A stretch of DNA of 64,000 nt from Octopus sinensis (GCF_006345805.1 NC_042998.1:129766001-129830000), one strand, 5' to 3'; positions 1 to 14,329 are shown, counted from the stretch's first letter. Numbers and translations: made by a program. Notes: generated by a model from the letters alone, not told the origin.

Positions 1-1690
1 CTCCATAAATGACTTGACCGTTTCCCCTATTTCTGACGAGGAGTGTTAAAGGTATGTAGGGGTGGATGAAAACATGTCTTACAAAGGCATCTGTGACAAC
101 ACACGTGTCACTAAAGGATATTACAGCCGAATAAAGAAAATTTGAACCTCAGAACTTTTTGCATTCAATAAAACAGTGGCCCTCAATGTATCTGCAGTGC
201 CAGTACTCATACCAACATTTGGGCTGCTTGATTGGACGCTTGGTGAGATCGGAGTATATTGATGAGAAAACACAGAAAATACAAGCAAGCTCACGTAATT
301 TCCACATAAACATTGACGTAGACCGTCTCTACCGAAAACGAAAACTAGGCGGCGGAGGCTTAACATCGATCCAAAATGCCTTTCAATGTCGTATCAAATC
401 CCTTCGGCATCATCATTTAACCAAGAGACAAAGTGCATCCTTTGACCAAGATTTCATACATGAGGGTGATAACATCATAAGACTTGGAAGGCAACTCCTT
501 TGGCAACATTTCTTGTCTGATAAAATTAAATACACGTGCAAAGAATTCGCACGACTCTACTGCAACGTATCACCAGATGAAAGGATGAACATATATGAAC
601 AGAGACTATGCATGGATATCTTCGTAGAACGCTCCGAGATGATAGTATCATTGATCATCAAAGCAGTCTATCATGGACTGGGTTACTACGTCCCACTTTG
701 AAGGGTATATGTTTGTAATCCAGGAACAGGAAATATCAACCAAATACCTGATGCCCCAAAGGGATAGAGATGCAGGAAAAGCCCTATAATGTGACAACCG
801 ATGCAGGCTTTGTGGAGTTAACACCGAAGATATCACCTACATCATAACCAGTTGTCTGAAAATGTCATCACCGTATTATCTGGCGATAAGACATGATGTT
901 ATAGCTAGGACACTCTATAATGAAATCTAAGGCGGCGAGCTGGTAGAAACGTTAGCACGCCGGGCGAAATGCGTAGCCGTATTTCGTCTGCCGTTACGTT
1001 GTGAGTTCAAATTCCGCCGAGGTCGACATTGCCTTTCATCTTTTCGGGGTCGATAAATTAAATACCAGTTACACACTGGGGTCGATGTACACGACTTAAT
1101 CCCTTTGCCTGTCCTTGTTTGTCCCCTTTGTGTTTAGCCCCTTGTGGGTAGTAAAGAAATATATAATAAAATCCACCGGAAAGATAACACCGAGGACAAA
1201 GAAATAAGAACCCACAGTATGATGGAAGCCATAACCACACATAATAAAATGTCTCAGTGAAAACCTCAATAAAATCTAAACACAACAGACCTGATATAAT
1301 GATTTGGGATGGAGAAGAGAAACTGTATACAGTTAAAGAAATTAACTGCCCAGCGGATGTTAACATAAAGCTAACGATCAGTGTAAAAGAAAATACCTAC
1401 GATGAACTATTGAGAAACCTGCAGCTACACTATCGAGATTAGAAGTTCAGGTTTATACCTGTAGTTATTGAGGCCCAGAGATATGTAACACACTGCCTAA
1501 ATACCAGTCTTGAGAAGTTAGGCTTCTCAAAACCAGAAAAGAGAAAGCAAATTCGAAGACTACAGATCCAATCCATCACTGGAACTATAAAAATCTGTAA
1601 AAACCTTCCAGGGTTTATCATTTAAATATATATGATTTTGTGTAGATATGTAATTATACGCCTGAGAATACATACATAAAGCAAAACTTA
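1..1690 (+). mobile_element. Decayed R4/Dong-like non-LTR retrotransposon, 3' half (RT thumb, CCHC knuckle, RLE endonuclease), interrupted by a SINE
   Basis: Broken frames give IDVDRLYRKRKLGGGGLTSI, QEQEISTKYL, ITHIITSC..RHD, then KHNRPDIMIWDGEEK..EINCPAD and FIPVVI..LEKLGF..LQIQSITGT; many stops and frameshifts. Confidence 0.85.
929..1160 (+). mobile_element. tRNA-derived SINE, family A, full length
   Basis: Head AAGGCGGCGAGCTGG, B-box-like GAGTTCAAATTCC, tail GTGGGTAGTAAAGAAATA; flanked by TATAATGAAATC (916-927) and TATAATAAAATC (1162-1173). Confidence 0.9.
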
Positions 1691-1694
1691 CAAT

Positions 1695-2600
1695 TCTGCC
1701 ACCACTGTGGATAACATTAGTCTTATTCATGAAATGCTGATGTATGACAGGCGATTGACTATCAATCAAAGAGCCAATGCTATTAATATATTCCATAAGA
1801 GAGTTGAGAATATTTTGCGCAATGAATTTGGCGTGTAGAGGGTTTCTTCTCAGTAGCTGCGTTTTTTGACACATGATCAAATGTGCATCAGGTTGATCAC
1901 ACCATGGGAAATCTTACATTGTTTCGGGCAGATCCAGCTTGTCTCTTTCAAAGTTTCCTAACCCAATATGAGTATTAGCTTCATCACACTGATAGAAAAA
2001 AAGAGACAATCCATCCAGCTGAAACACCCCTCAACCCCTATCCCAAAGAAGGCCAAAATTGTTTCATCTACAGGAAGGTGGCGGCCTCAGTTTTTGGGGA
2101 TGCAAAAGACAGTGTGTTTATTGACTGTCTTTAAAATGGCCACATCATCAATGGAGAATACAGTGCCAACTTGCTGAAGCATTTATGAAAGGCTAGCAAG
2201 ACTAAGCACTGAGGAAAAGTTGTGAAAGGGGTTTTGTTTCCTGAGGCCATTGCTCCAGGACACAAATCCTAGCTTTCAATGGGTGGTGCATGTGACTATG
2301 ACCTTGAACTGGTTGATCCCTCATCCTGTTCTACTGATTTGGTGCAATCTGACTATCATCTGTTCTCCAACATGAAAAAAAGAAAGAAAAAGAAACACTT
2401 AGCCGGGAACCAGAATCGCAGTGATGTTGGCATCATATCTGCTCTTGATGACTTTCTTAAACAACAGGTTCTTCGCGAATGGGATCTAAGTACTCCAACA
2501 TCGATAAAAGAATTGTGTGAATAGCAAGCGGGACTAAGTTGAAAGTAAACCTCATTTGGACACATTCCATGAAAGCATCTTGGTCATCCAATGAAAAAGA
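1695..2600 (+). mobile_element. Mariner (D,D34D) transposase remnant
   Basis: Translates to HEMLMYDRRLTINQ..RVENILRNE, PKKAKIVSSTGKVAASVFWDAK, and STDLVQSDYHLFSNMKK (cf. YSPDLAPSDYHLF); 34 residues between the second (mutated) and third catalytic positions. Confidence 0.85.
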
Positions 2601-3082
2601 AAATCTATCAAAGGGCGGAAGAACTCATTAGTCAACGCCCATCAAACAACTTATAGTGAGAGATCCCTAGTTTTTTTTAGACATCTCTCAAAAAGAGAAG
2701 TTCTGAGATAACATGCATACATACATTCATGCACACACACACACACACACACACACACCACACACACACACACACATACACACACACAAACACACGTCAA
2801 TGGTCCTCGATAGCTTCGGATGTCCTGACCATTTCGTCACCCCGCACAATGGCATGACGATGTTTCTTTCGTCGAAATCATTTTCATGGAGGAAACTTTA
2901 ACCTGTGGTGTATCTGGTCACACACACACATGTATATGAAAAAGCAATTATCTAAGTATTGGGAATGTTCCTAGTAGTTAGCCAATGAAGTACGTCCACT
3001 GCCTATGGCTACCTAACATTATCCACCATATTTAAACAATTGTCGCTGGGTCTCCACCAGGAATTCCACAGTGTTCGTTAAG

Positions 3083-3565
3083 TATATAACAAATGATAGA
3101 GAGGGAAAATGAAATATACCAGAAACTTTATTGCTCGCAGCGATCGTTTCGAGCCATCATGCATTGATCCCTTGAGGATGGGATACTGAACAACTGTTCG
3201 TGGGGCATTACTCAGTGAAAAACTATCTGATCGGGTGATGTTATAAAGGGTACCTCATTAAATAAATCCAGTTTCGATCGGTTTTAATACACTATGTTGT
3301 TAATGACTATAGGTTTAATCTTTTGGCAGAAATGGCTAGGATATCTTACAACATGCTGTATTAAAACCGAGCAAAACAGCGTTTATTTAACAAGATCCCC
3401 TTTATAAGATCATCTGATGAAACACTCCTGCACCGGGAGATGCTCCACAACTAGTTGTACAGTATCCCACTCGCGAGGGATCGATGCAGGATGGGTCCAA
3501 ACGATCGTTGTGAGCAATGACTTTTTTCGTATGCACTATTTTCCGTTTCTATCATATGTTATATA
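3083..3565. repeat. Long imperfect foldback (~230-bp arms, short central loop)
   Basis: Left arm TATATAACAAATGATAGAGAGGGAAAAT.. matches the reverse complement of ..ATTTTCCGTTTCTATCATATGTTATATA continuously towards the centre, roughly 70% identity by eye. Confidence 0.85.
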
Positions 3566-3585
3566 AAAACGTATATGTAGACAAC

Positions 3586-3845
3586 GTGGAGGCGCAATGG
3601 CCCAGTGGTTAGAGCAGCGGACTCGCGGTTTCGATTCCCAGAGCGGGCGTTGTGTGATTCAATTAAGCGAAAACACTTAAAAGCTCAACGAGGCTCTGGC
3701 AGGGGGTGGTGGCAACCCCTGTTGTACACTTTCGCCCCAACTTTCTCTCACTCTCTCTTCCTGTTTCTTGAGTAACGCTTTGGTGGACTAGCTGAGGGGA
3801 ACACATAGTCACAGAAACCGGGAAACCGTGAAAACGGCGCAAAAA
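3586..3845 (+). mobile_element. tRNA-derived SINE, family C
   Basis: Head GTGGAGGCGCAATGGCCCAGTGGTTAG..GGTTTCGATTCCC; homologous to three minus-strand copies in the window. Confidence 0.85.
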
Positions 3846-3969
3846 AATATGTAGACAACACCTCCCCCCATATATATATAGGCCATCGCAAAATTTTATT
3901 ATAATGAATCGACCCACAGTATTTTCCCTTTTTACGCCAGGTACTTAATCTATCGATCTTATTTACCTT

Positions 3970-4068
3970 ACGAGGACATAAACACACCAGCACCGGTTGT
4001 TAAGCTGTGCTGGGGGACAAGCACACACACAGACACAGACACAGACACATGCACACAGACACGAACAG

Positions 4069-4104
<36 letters not shown>

Positions 4105-4240
4105 GATGGGATTCTTTCTGTTTCCGTCTACCAAATCCTCACGTAAGGCTTTGGTCGGCCCGAATTTATAGTAGAAAAGGCGGCAGCCAGTGGAACTGAA
4201 ACTGGAGACATGCAGTTAGGATGCAAGCTTCTTACCCGCA
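3970..4240 (-). mobile_element. SINE family B, diverged partial copy
   Basis: Contains TTTCCGTCTACCAAATCC..AAGGCTTTGGTCGGCCCG, the reverse complement of the family B core. Confidence 0.75.
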
Positions 4241-4469
4241 TGTAATCTGCTCCTTGCGTTCATATAGATTTATTCATTTAAAACTTATTTCAGTCAGTTT
4301 TCATATTCGTCCTCCTCTGTCTTTATTCACGCATCATTCTTACTTTTTTAGACTCCCAAACTATTAGACATATTTTTTTCATTTTGGTTGATATCCCCTA
4401 CAATGTGTATGAAGCGAGGTGGATTTCTTTTTTGTAGAAATGTAATCATACACTTTCATATTCATTTCA

Positions 4470-4720
4470 CCAAAATTCGATGACGTGTACTCCCATTCGG
4501 AAAACCTATTTATATGGACGCTTGATTGAAGGCGACATTGTTACAGAAGGTGAACATTATGGAAAATATGTCATTGTGCCAAGAATTCAACTGAGATCTG
4601 ACACCATTCTGCCATTCACTATTACACGTATACTGCTGCCAGTTAGAGTAGATTTCGCAATGACAGTCAATAAATTCCAATGTCATTTATTGAAATAGGT
4701 CTGATCTTTGCAACTGATCT
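4470..4720 (+). mobile_element. Helitron PIF1-type helicase C-terminal fragment
   Basis: ORF 4480-4698 reads IVPRIQLRSDTILPFTITRILLPVRVDFAMTVNKFQ, matching the Helitron helicase motif IPRI..LPF..R.QFPVR.AFAMTINKSQG. Confidence 0.8.
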
Positions 4721-5028
4721 GTTTACGTAGAGAAAATTGAAAGATACAGATGCGCTATGAAATAGTACAATTGTTGATGCAGATACGGTAATAATATTGA
4801 TTTCAAATTTTAGCACAAGGCCAACAAGTTCGGGGGAGGGTTTAAGACGATTACGTTTACCCCAGTACTCGACTGGTACGTATTATATCGACCATGAAAG
4901 GATGAATGTCGAAGCCAACCTTGGAGGAATTTACACCCAGAACGTTAAAAGGGACGAAATGCCTCTAAGTATTTTGCTCTACCAGCACGCCGCTTTAGTT
5001 ATGGCAATAATATCAAAAATAAGTCACT

Positions 5029-5394
5029 GGCTGTGTGGTAAGTAGCTTGCTTACCAACCACATGGTTCCCGGGTTCAGTCCCACTATGTGGCACCTTGGG
5101 CAAGTGTCTTCTACTATAGCCTCGGGCCGACCAAAGCCTTGTGAGTGGATTTGGTAGACGGAAACTGAAAGAAGCCCGTCGTATATATGTATATATATGT
5201 GTGTGTTTGTGTGTCTGTGTTTGTCCCCCTAGCATTGCTTGACAATTGATGCTGGTTTGTTTACGTCACCGTCACTTAGCGGTTCGGGAAAAAAGACCGA
5301 TAGAATAAGTCCCGGGGTCGAGTTGCTCGATTAAAGGCAGTGCTCCAGCATGGCCACAGTCAAATGATTGAAACAAGTAAAAGAGTAAAGAGTA
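5029..5394 (+). mobile_element. SINE family B
   Basis: GGCTGTGTGGTAAG..GGTTCAGTCCCAC head, internal TA/TG microsatellite, (AAGAGTA)n tail. Confidence 0.9.
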
Positions 5395-5877
5395 GTAAAG
5401 TATGCGCTACTGATTTCCAGTGTTGTAAATCCTTTCTTAAGTTTATTTCAAAAGATTCTCGGTTTAGATAAATTTATATATTCTTACACTCTTTAGTACC
5501 TATGTTTTTAAAATATTTCCCTTTTTTCAAATCATCGTTCTCCCTACTCTATCATTATTAGTGTGGGGAAATGTTGATAATCACATTGAATGCACCTGAG
5601 AGAGAAGTAGAGAGTAGGAGAGAGGGGGCGAAAGAGAGACAAAGAGAGAGAAAGAGAGACAGAAAGAGAGAAAGAGAAAGATATCGTCTATGTGTGTGTG
5701 AGAGAGCGTATATGTGTGTATGGTACTGATTATGTTTTGAATTTTTCGCCACTGGAGAAATCGTGCCGGTTGTCATACTAGGAGCAAAAACATTTATAAT
5801 TCGAATTTTGACATTATCAAAGTGATTGAACTTGGATGTTTACACCTGTGTAGGTATATATGCATGCTTATATATAA

Positions 5878-6190
5878 TAGGCGCAGGAGTGGCTGCGTGG
5901 TAAGTAACTTGCTTACCAACCACATGTTTCCGGGTACATTCCCGTTGCGTGGCATTATAGCCTCGGGCCAACTGAAGTCATGTGATAGGATTTGCTAGAC
6001 GGAAACATATGTATATATGTGCATGTGTGTATGTATGTATGCCCCCGTAACCTAGCGGTTCGGCAAAAGAAACCGATAAAATAAAGATTAAGCTTACAAA
6101 GAATAATTCTAGAGGTCGATTTGTTCTGCTAAAGGCGGTGGTCTACCATGGTCGCAGTCAAATGGCTGCAACAAGTAAAATAATACAAGA
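5878..6190 (+). mobile_element. SINE family B, diverged copy
   Basis: TAGGCGCAGGAGTGGCTGCGTGGTAAG head and family B tail. Confidence 0.85.
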
Positions 6191-6538
6191 CTTAAAGAAT
6201 ATATATATATAACATTGGTCACGTGGGGAGAGAAGAGAGAAATGTAGAGGCAGAGAGACAGAAGAATTAAGGAGGGCCGCGAAAAAATGACAGGGACACA
6301 GTGAAGTGAAAAGAGGAGGGAAAGTGAGCGAGAAGATAGTGAAATGTGAGAGAGGGGGAACGAAAGAACGAAGAGTGGAATGAACGAATAAGCTTGAAAG
6401 CGCTGATAGAAAGAAAGAATAGAATCGTACAAGATTTAGATAAATATATACTTACATATAAGAGACCAAAGTGTACGTACGCTGCTATATATATGTATAT
6501 ATATATATATTATATATATATATATTATATATATATAT

Positions 6539-6589
<51 letters not shown>

Positions 6590-6592
<3 letters not shown>

Positions 6593-6785
6593 AAATGGGA
6601 CAAGAACGCAAAACATTCAGACAGTTAGGTAATACAAAACTGGACAACAAAACATCAGATAGATAATACAAATAAAACAAGGACGGATCATTCGGAGTTT
6701 TCTTTCCTCAGTCGAGTTTCAGATTATCCTTGTAATTTCGGCTGGTTATACTCGAGATTGCTCCAATCTGGCCAGCCCCACATAT
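6590..6785 (-). mobile_element. Interspersed repeat remnant, possibly Penelope-like
   Basis: Reverse complement TGGGGCTGGCC..GGAGCAATCTC..CAGCCGAAAT recurs at about 20530-20620 on the + strand; family assignment is inference. Confidence 0.45.
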
Positions 6786-6844
6786 ATATTTCCCTGTAGT
6801 TTCAGCTCAAAGATGAGTCCATGCTGATGCACCACCGTTTCGTC

Positions 6845-7215
6845 ACACTATTATTACTGAGAGCCTCCTCCAATATGTGGCACTAAGTGAAGAATGGAGT
6901 TTGATGTAGCTACCCTAATTTGCACCTCTTGCCATCTGGTAGGTTCATTTGGGTCTCCCGAGAGGAAGAGGTTCAGCCTTGATTTTAAAACACCTACATC
7001 TATTTTGTGCAGGTTCCTCAGGCTCCTTAGACGAATATTAAAATGCTGTGGGCCGCTGAAACCCAGGCTGTTGCAGTAACTAGTCCTGAAGCGCGAAGGC
7101 TGGGATCTTTGGCACTATGCAGTGTCGACCCGTTCTGGTATTGGTGTAGCTTCTAATAGCAAAATTTCACACAATTCCTTCCAGGATCTTCTAGATGTAT
7201 ATTACTGCATACTTC
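6845..7215 (-). mobile_element. CR1-like LINE 3' end fragment
   Basis: Minus strand reads RTGRHCIVPKIP / RTSYCNSLGFSGPQHFNIRLRSLRNLHKIDVGVLKSRLNLFLSGDPNEP..SNSIL, a CR1-type C-terminus. Confidence 0.75.
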
Positions 7216-7404
7216 TCCCTCCTTATATGAGGAGTAGATAGACAGCCGATAACTGATGAAGAGTCATTTCTCTGTGTTAACTAGCCCTGTACTCCATTTT
7301 CCCCGTTGTTTACGTATTTCATGTTATTTGGATCGTTGGTGACGTCCTGTACCCATATGTATTATATTATATTATTTATTATCTAACTGAACGCTACGCA
7401 TCCT

Positions 7405-7411
7405 TTTCCAA

Positions 7412-7460
<49 letters not shown>

Positions 7461-7468
7461 CATACAAA

Positions 7469-7535
<67 letters not shown>

Positions 7536-7604
7536 AATATAAATATATATATATATACATACATACAAATATATGTATATGTATATGTATATATATAAAT
7601 ATAA

Positions 7605-7635
<31 letters not shown>

Positions 7636-7680
7636 TATACATACACACACACACACACACACACACATACATATATATAT
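7405..7680. repeat. (TA)n/(CA)n compound microsatellite
   Basis: Direct reading. Confidence 0.95.
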
Positions 7681-7744
7681 GGTACCCCATCATGGCCATA
7701 GCTCGTGAGCTGAAACTAGTTCAATTCAATTCACTTCGATAAAG

Positions 7745-8030
7745 ACACCCTTCGTTCATAAATGACCATGGTTCTGCATCTTGACTTGAATGTTCTCCTC
7801 CGAGGCACAAATCCGGGCAAGGTCGTTTATCGAAAACAAGCAGTCGCCCTTGCCTAGCAGGCAATCCACCTCACGCCAGCGACGTTATCGAAGGAAAAGT
7901 GAAAGGCCGACTTATTTCTACAGTCGAGTGAACTGGAGCAATGTCAAATAAAGTGTCTTGCACAAGAACACAACATACAGCTCGGTCCGGAAGTCGAACT
8001 CCCTACCTAACGATTGTGAGCTTGACGGTT
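7745..8030 (-). mobile_element. SINE family D, diverged
   Basis: TGACCATGG..CCTCCGAGGCACAAATCCGGGCAAGG, the reverse complement of the copy at 19503. Confidence 0.75.
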
Positions 8031-8230
8031 TCCTGATTGAGGCATGCGCACAAATGCATACATGCTTCAGTTACATATTAATAAAAACACTTTATATACA
8101 TGGGTATATATTTTCACAGAAGAGAAAACATATTCAAAAGAAAATAAAGAACATGGATGCCTAAAACATATTGTACATCACGGTATATGTGTTTATGTAG
8201 AAACACATACAAATACTCACGTTTATTTTT

Positions 8231-8271
<41 letters not shown>

Positions 8272-9399
8272 TCGTATATTTATATGTATGAATATGCACA
8301 TACACACCTACTACATATAAAGTATTTGTGTCCGTATAAGCCCGTTCATTTGCAATTTCGGTGGATTATTAATATTCGATGACGATTATGTACAGTTCAA
8401 AGTAATTATGCGCAGTTCAAAGTGGCTGTCTGATGTTTATGCTGATGCATTAATTAACATTTGTTAATTTTTGTCACTTCACAGATAGTTTTTCGAAAAA
8501 AAGAATCAATTCCTTTTTTTCTCTTCAATCCTCTCCATTTTCCAATTTTTTTTTGTATACACGAACTCAAAGTTGTATGTATGTATGTATGTATGTATGT
8601 ATGTATGTATGTATGTATGTATGTATGTATGTGTGTTTCCATTTATCTATCTAGGGGTCTATCAATCAATCACTTTGAATGTACATACGTATCTATGTAT
8701 GTATGTGTGTATGTATACATACATAATCATGTACCTGAATTCATACAACACACATGGACATATACACGCACAGATGTATATATATATATATATATACATG
8801 TGCGTGTGCTATCCATCAGGTTTACCATCAAGCATCTTGTATTCCTCTTCTGCATATTTATGCTTCTGTATTTTCTGTATATTTTCCACTTTGCTTCTGT
8901 CATCTATTTCTTGTTTTCTTGCTAACGGATTGAATGTCTTCTTTTTAGCATATATAAATTCTTGTCATGAATACGACACTCGTTTCTAAGAAAGTATGCT
9001 ACATTATAGGAATTTATTTTGTTTTATTAAAAGCAGTTTTCTCGTAACCTTCAGAAAAAGTTTTACATAGTTTCACAGTTCGGCTAAGACATTGATCACC
9101 AATAGTATGTGTATAAGGTTCGTTTTTCTCGTGTAAATTTCACAACCTTACAAAATTATCCTATGACATTTGAATAACGTAAGCGAATTGCTTATATTTA
9201 GACTCACAAACCCAAACTTATAAGAAATTCAAATTTTTTAGATATTATCTTCAACGCTAATTTTTCATTAGGATTTTTTTTATCTATATGTAGATCTCAG
9301 CTGCATTCCTAAAACGAGAAGCATGTTTTCCTACAATGAGATGCCTGTGTTGTCTTTATTTTTGCGTAATTAAGACGACAGTTTATTCAACGCAACCTG

Positions 9400-9448
<49 letters not shown>

Positions 9449-9499
9449 TAAAGACACATTTCTCATTGAAAACTACAGAGCACGTCTTAATATGCATGC

Positions 9500-9910
9500 A
9501 TAACCAACTTTTATTTTTTAACATATTTCAATTCACGATTACATCTCTGTACATAAACCCCCTCATATAAAGAAGTTTTGAAAAACTTGTTTTTTGTCTG
9601 TACATATATATATTGTCTCCTATTACCGTAAGCTGAACAGTTATCTCTCTTACCCACAACAATAACAATAATAACGATAACCAATTACCTCCCCTTATTT
9701 TTCTACTTGTGAAGTCATTCACTTGTAACTATCATCACGCACAACATGGACAACATTTCTTCTTAAGAAAAAATACATATTCAAATAAGTAAAATATAAT
9801 TTTATGAATAGCGATAGCGAAACCGGTCGATATATTAAAAATTATATTAAAACTATGTAAGTGTGCGTATTTTCCTTTTTTAATTTCTTATATACATTAC
9901 AACTCACCTC
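9500..9910 (+). mobile_element. Interspersed repeat with a second, rearranged copy at 43955-44360 (Penelope-like terminal repeat remnant)
   Basis: Shared TTCAATTCACGATT..GTACATAAA and GCGATAGCGAAACCGGTCGA segments. Confidence 0.6.
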
Positions 9911-10479
9911 GTGGGGAAAATCGAAATTCCTCCTTTCTGTAACTACTACTACTACTATATATATATATATATATATATATATGACGACCAAAAATTATTT
10001 ACATAATAAAGGTGCTTATTTTCTATGAAAAGCCCTATTTTGTACGATTTTTTGACTGCTGTGTCGCCATTTTTCAGTGTATTACAACCAGAAAAAGTGC
10101 GATCTGCATGCTGTTACTATCTACGATGTTCAAGTCAGACCTTCAATGGGGATGTTTTGATTTTTCAGAATTTTTTTAGTTATAAGTGATGTAAAATAGT
10201 CGAGTTTATTCATTTTACAGGTACAACCACAATTGATGTTGCCCACCCGTTTGGCTTCAAAATAACATTAAATTTTTTTTCTGTAACCACAAACTGTTCC
10301 TACTAACGTTTTGGATTTTCCTGTACATTTTCTTAATGAATACTGTTGCAGTGTTAACTTCTTAATGGATTTTCAGTGCAGTTCAAAACTTGAGCTTCAT
10401 TTTGCTTTAAATCTACGGGTAATTTTTTTCTCCATAATGTTAATAGAAGTAATATTAACCAAGGATACCAACAATTGAA

Positions 10480-10651
10480 GTCGGCATTACACATTTGCAG
10501 TACATTCAGAGCAAACTCGAGCATCGCCACACTATACTTTTATTCATAGATTGAAACTATGTCAAAACTTTGTTAACGCGACATCAAAATCTGCCGTTTT
10601 AAGCGCAGCAAAAAAAAAAAAAATCCGAGCAATGCCGGGCTATACTGCTAG
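10480..10651 (+). mobile_element. Non-autonomous Helitron 3' end
   Basis: CCGAGCAATGCCGGGC hairpin-like motif, then TATACTGCTAG|T; 5' end not found. Confidence 0.7.
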
Positions 10652-11149
10652 TATATATATAATATATATATATATATATAATATATATATATATATATAC
10701 ATGTATGTATGTATGTATGTGTGCATGTAAGAGTGTGTCTCTCAACTAATTGATAGTTTGCTGTGTATGAAATTCAGCTAAAGATAATTTCAAAGATCAA
10801 AGACATTATCAAAATCTCAACAGCAGAAAATAAATTGACATAAACATTAAAAATGAAAATTCTCCTTGGGATATTTGATGGAATAGTATTTGATTAAATC
10901 GCAGGTACCAAGACTCCACCTAGAATAAATGAAAACAACTAATTTTAATATGCATATTATTTGATGAAACTATATTAGATATTTAGTTTTAGATATTTAA
11001 TGCATAATATAAGGACGACATGTTAAAAATGCAACAGTATTTTTTTTCTTTGCAAATCTAAAGTTCATCTGTTGATTAGTGTATACAAAAAAAAAACGAA
11101 CTAAGTAATAAAACACAGTCATGGTTCGGTCGTGTATTTGTATATGTAC

Positions 11150-12170
<1,021 letters not shown>

Positions 12171-12523
12171 TTTGTGTGTTATCTGTTTGTATGCGTCTTG
12201 TGTGCGCGTGCTTGACTTTAGTGTTCTAAGCTGTGTTTCTACAGTTTTCTTAATTCCTGGGTAGAATCTATTAATTCTAAGCGTTCTGATATTTGGAGCT
12301 CTATAACAAATTTATGTGCAACGTTATCAACGCAGTAAATTATTTGATTAGCTCTAAACCATGAAGAAGACTTTGATCAGGAATAAATTTGGTAAAACAT
12401 GGCTCTATTTTTCGCATTAGTAATATGCACGCAAGGAATAAATAAATAATGACCATTATTAAGTTACGACAAATGGCCAAGTATGTATACATACATACAT
12501 ACATACATACATACATACATACA

Positions 12524-12559
<36 letters not shown>

Positions 12560-13899
12560 TATACATACATACATATATATATATATTTATCTTGTTGCAT
12601 TAGTAATCATAATCACGGTTCTGTATCTTCCTTTTATATTATTCTCTATGCGGTACGAAAAGGGGGATAATGTACTTTAAGGGTAATGATTGGTGTCCTC
12701 AAATTCTTGAGACACTAAAACTTCAAACAGCAGACATGGTTTGTTACATTAAACAGAAGAGTGAAGATGCATTACACGTACTCGTATGTAAATAGACATT
12801 AATAAATACATACACATGCATGTAGATACTTCCACACACTTACGCGCGCACACATGCACACACACACACACACACACAAGCACACACAACATACACACAC
12901 ATATATATAAACATACACACGCACACATATTTACCCTGTTGTTAAATTGTCCCTTCGATTGCTTTGCTCCGGACTCTGTATTCGGAGTTCTTATTCAATT
13001 TGGTTCCATTCTGTGGGACTACTATTCATCAGCACGGTTAGACCAAATAGCAATATGTATATGTGCCCGTATGTACGTTTGTAATTGTACATGTATCTAT
13101 GGTTCTATGTTTGTATATACACGTGTATATATCTTTGTATGCATGTATATATGTATGTGATTGAATCAGGGCAACAATGGAGCTGACTACCTATTGTTAC
13201 AGAACGGTAAAATCGAGGAGACTTTTTGGTTTAACTACAAATTTCACATAAATATTTCTTCTCAATCAAACTCTACACAGTATTATGTCTATCAATATTA
13301 TGTCCAAACATGTCTTACTACAAACCATCAATGGAAATATATTTTCCCGAACGGATACTTCCTCTTTTAAAATCAACCTATCATCCGACACTGTATCACT
13401 CGCTATTCTGCTATACTAACTAACCAATAATACGCATCATGGAGAGATATAAGAATATGCAGTAGACATCATATTGCATTTTTGGTGATACTAACGTAGA
13501 AATAGTTCAAATCGGTTTGTGTAGTAAAGCCAAACAACATGCGTAATAACGACAATCAGTTTGTGGAAACGCGTGTATGTCATATACAACATTAAAATAT
13601 CAGTTACATTTTCTATGTTCCTTATTCATATAAAAAATATTTCCAACTTTGCTGAAAAAATAGTAAATCCAGAGATATGATGGTTATTGTTAACATGCGT
13701 GGAGTAATTGACTTGTGTGTAGAACGATTTAATAAAGCCAAACTATTTGGTAACGTGTCTTGCCTGCCAGGTTATGTATGCATATATGTATATATTATTT
13801 TATTTTATGTCAAGATTTCATGTCAATAGATAAAGTGCCGGGTTCTAATCAACATTCAAGACTCATTCATTGGAATATTCAAAACATCAATAAGATATT

Positions 13900-13901
13900 T
13901 T

Positions 13902-13933
<32 letters not shown>

Positions 13934-14116
13934 TGTATGTATGTTATGTATGTATGTATGTATGTATATATGTATGCATGTATGTATGTATGTAATCATT
14001 CAATTTTCTTTCAAGATTTCTTGCTAATAGGGAAAGAGCCGGTTTCTAATCGAGATGCAAGGCTCCTTCATTGGAATTTCAACATCAACAACATGGTATT
14101 TTTGTATGTATGTATG

Positions 14117-14150
<34 letters not shown>

Positions 14151-14244
14151 CGTATGTGTGTATGTATGTATGTATGTATGTATGTATGTATGTATGTATG
14201 TATGTATTTATGTATGTACGTATGTATGTATGTATGTATGTATG

Positions 14245-14278
<34 letters not shown>

Positions 14279-14310
14279 TGTATGTATGTATGTATGTTTG
14301 TATGTATATG
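13900..14310. repeat. (TATG)n microsatellite tracts
   Basis: Direct reading. Confidence 0.95.
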
Positions 14311-14329
14311 TGCAGATTTATATGTTTTC

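Noticed and set aside
7245-7290. CTGATGA followed by a 4-bp stem, possible hammerhead
   Set aside because: The required GAAA and stem III do not follow.
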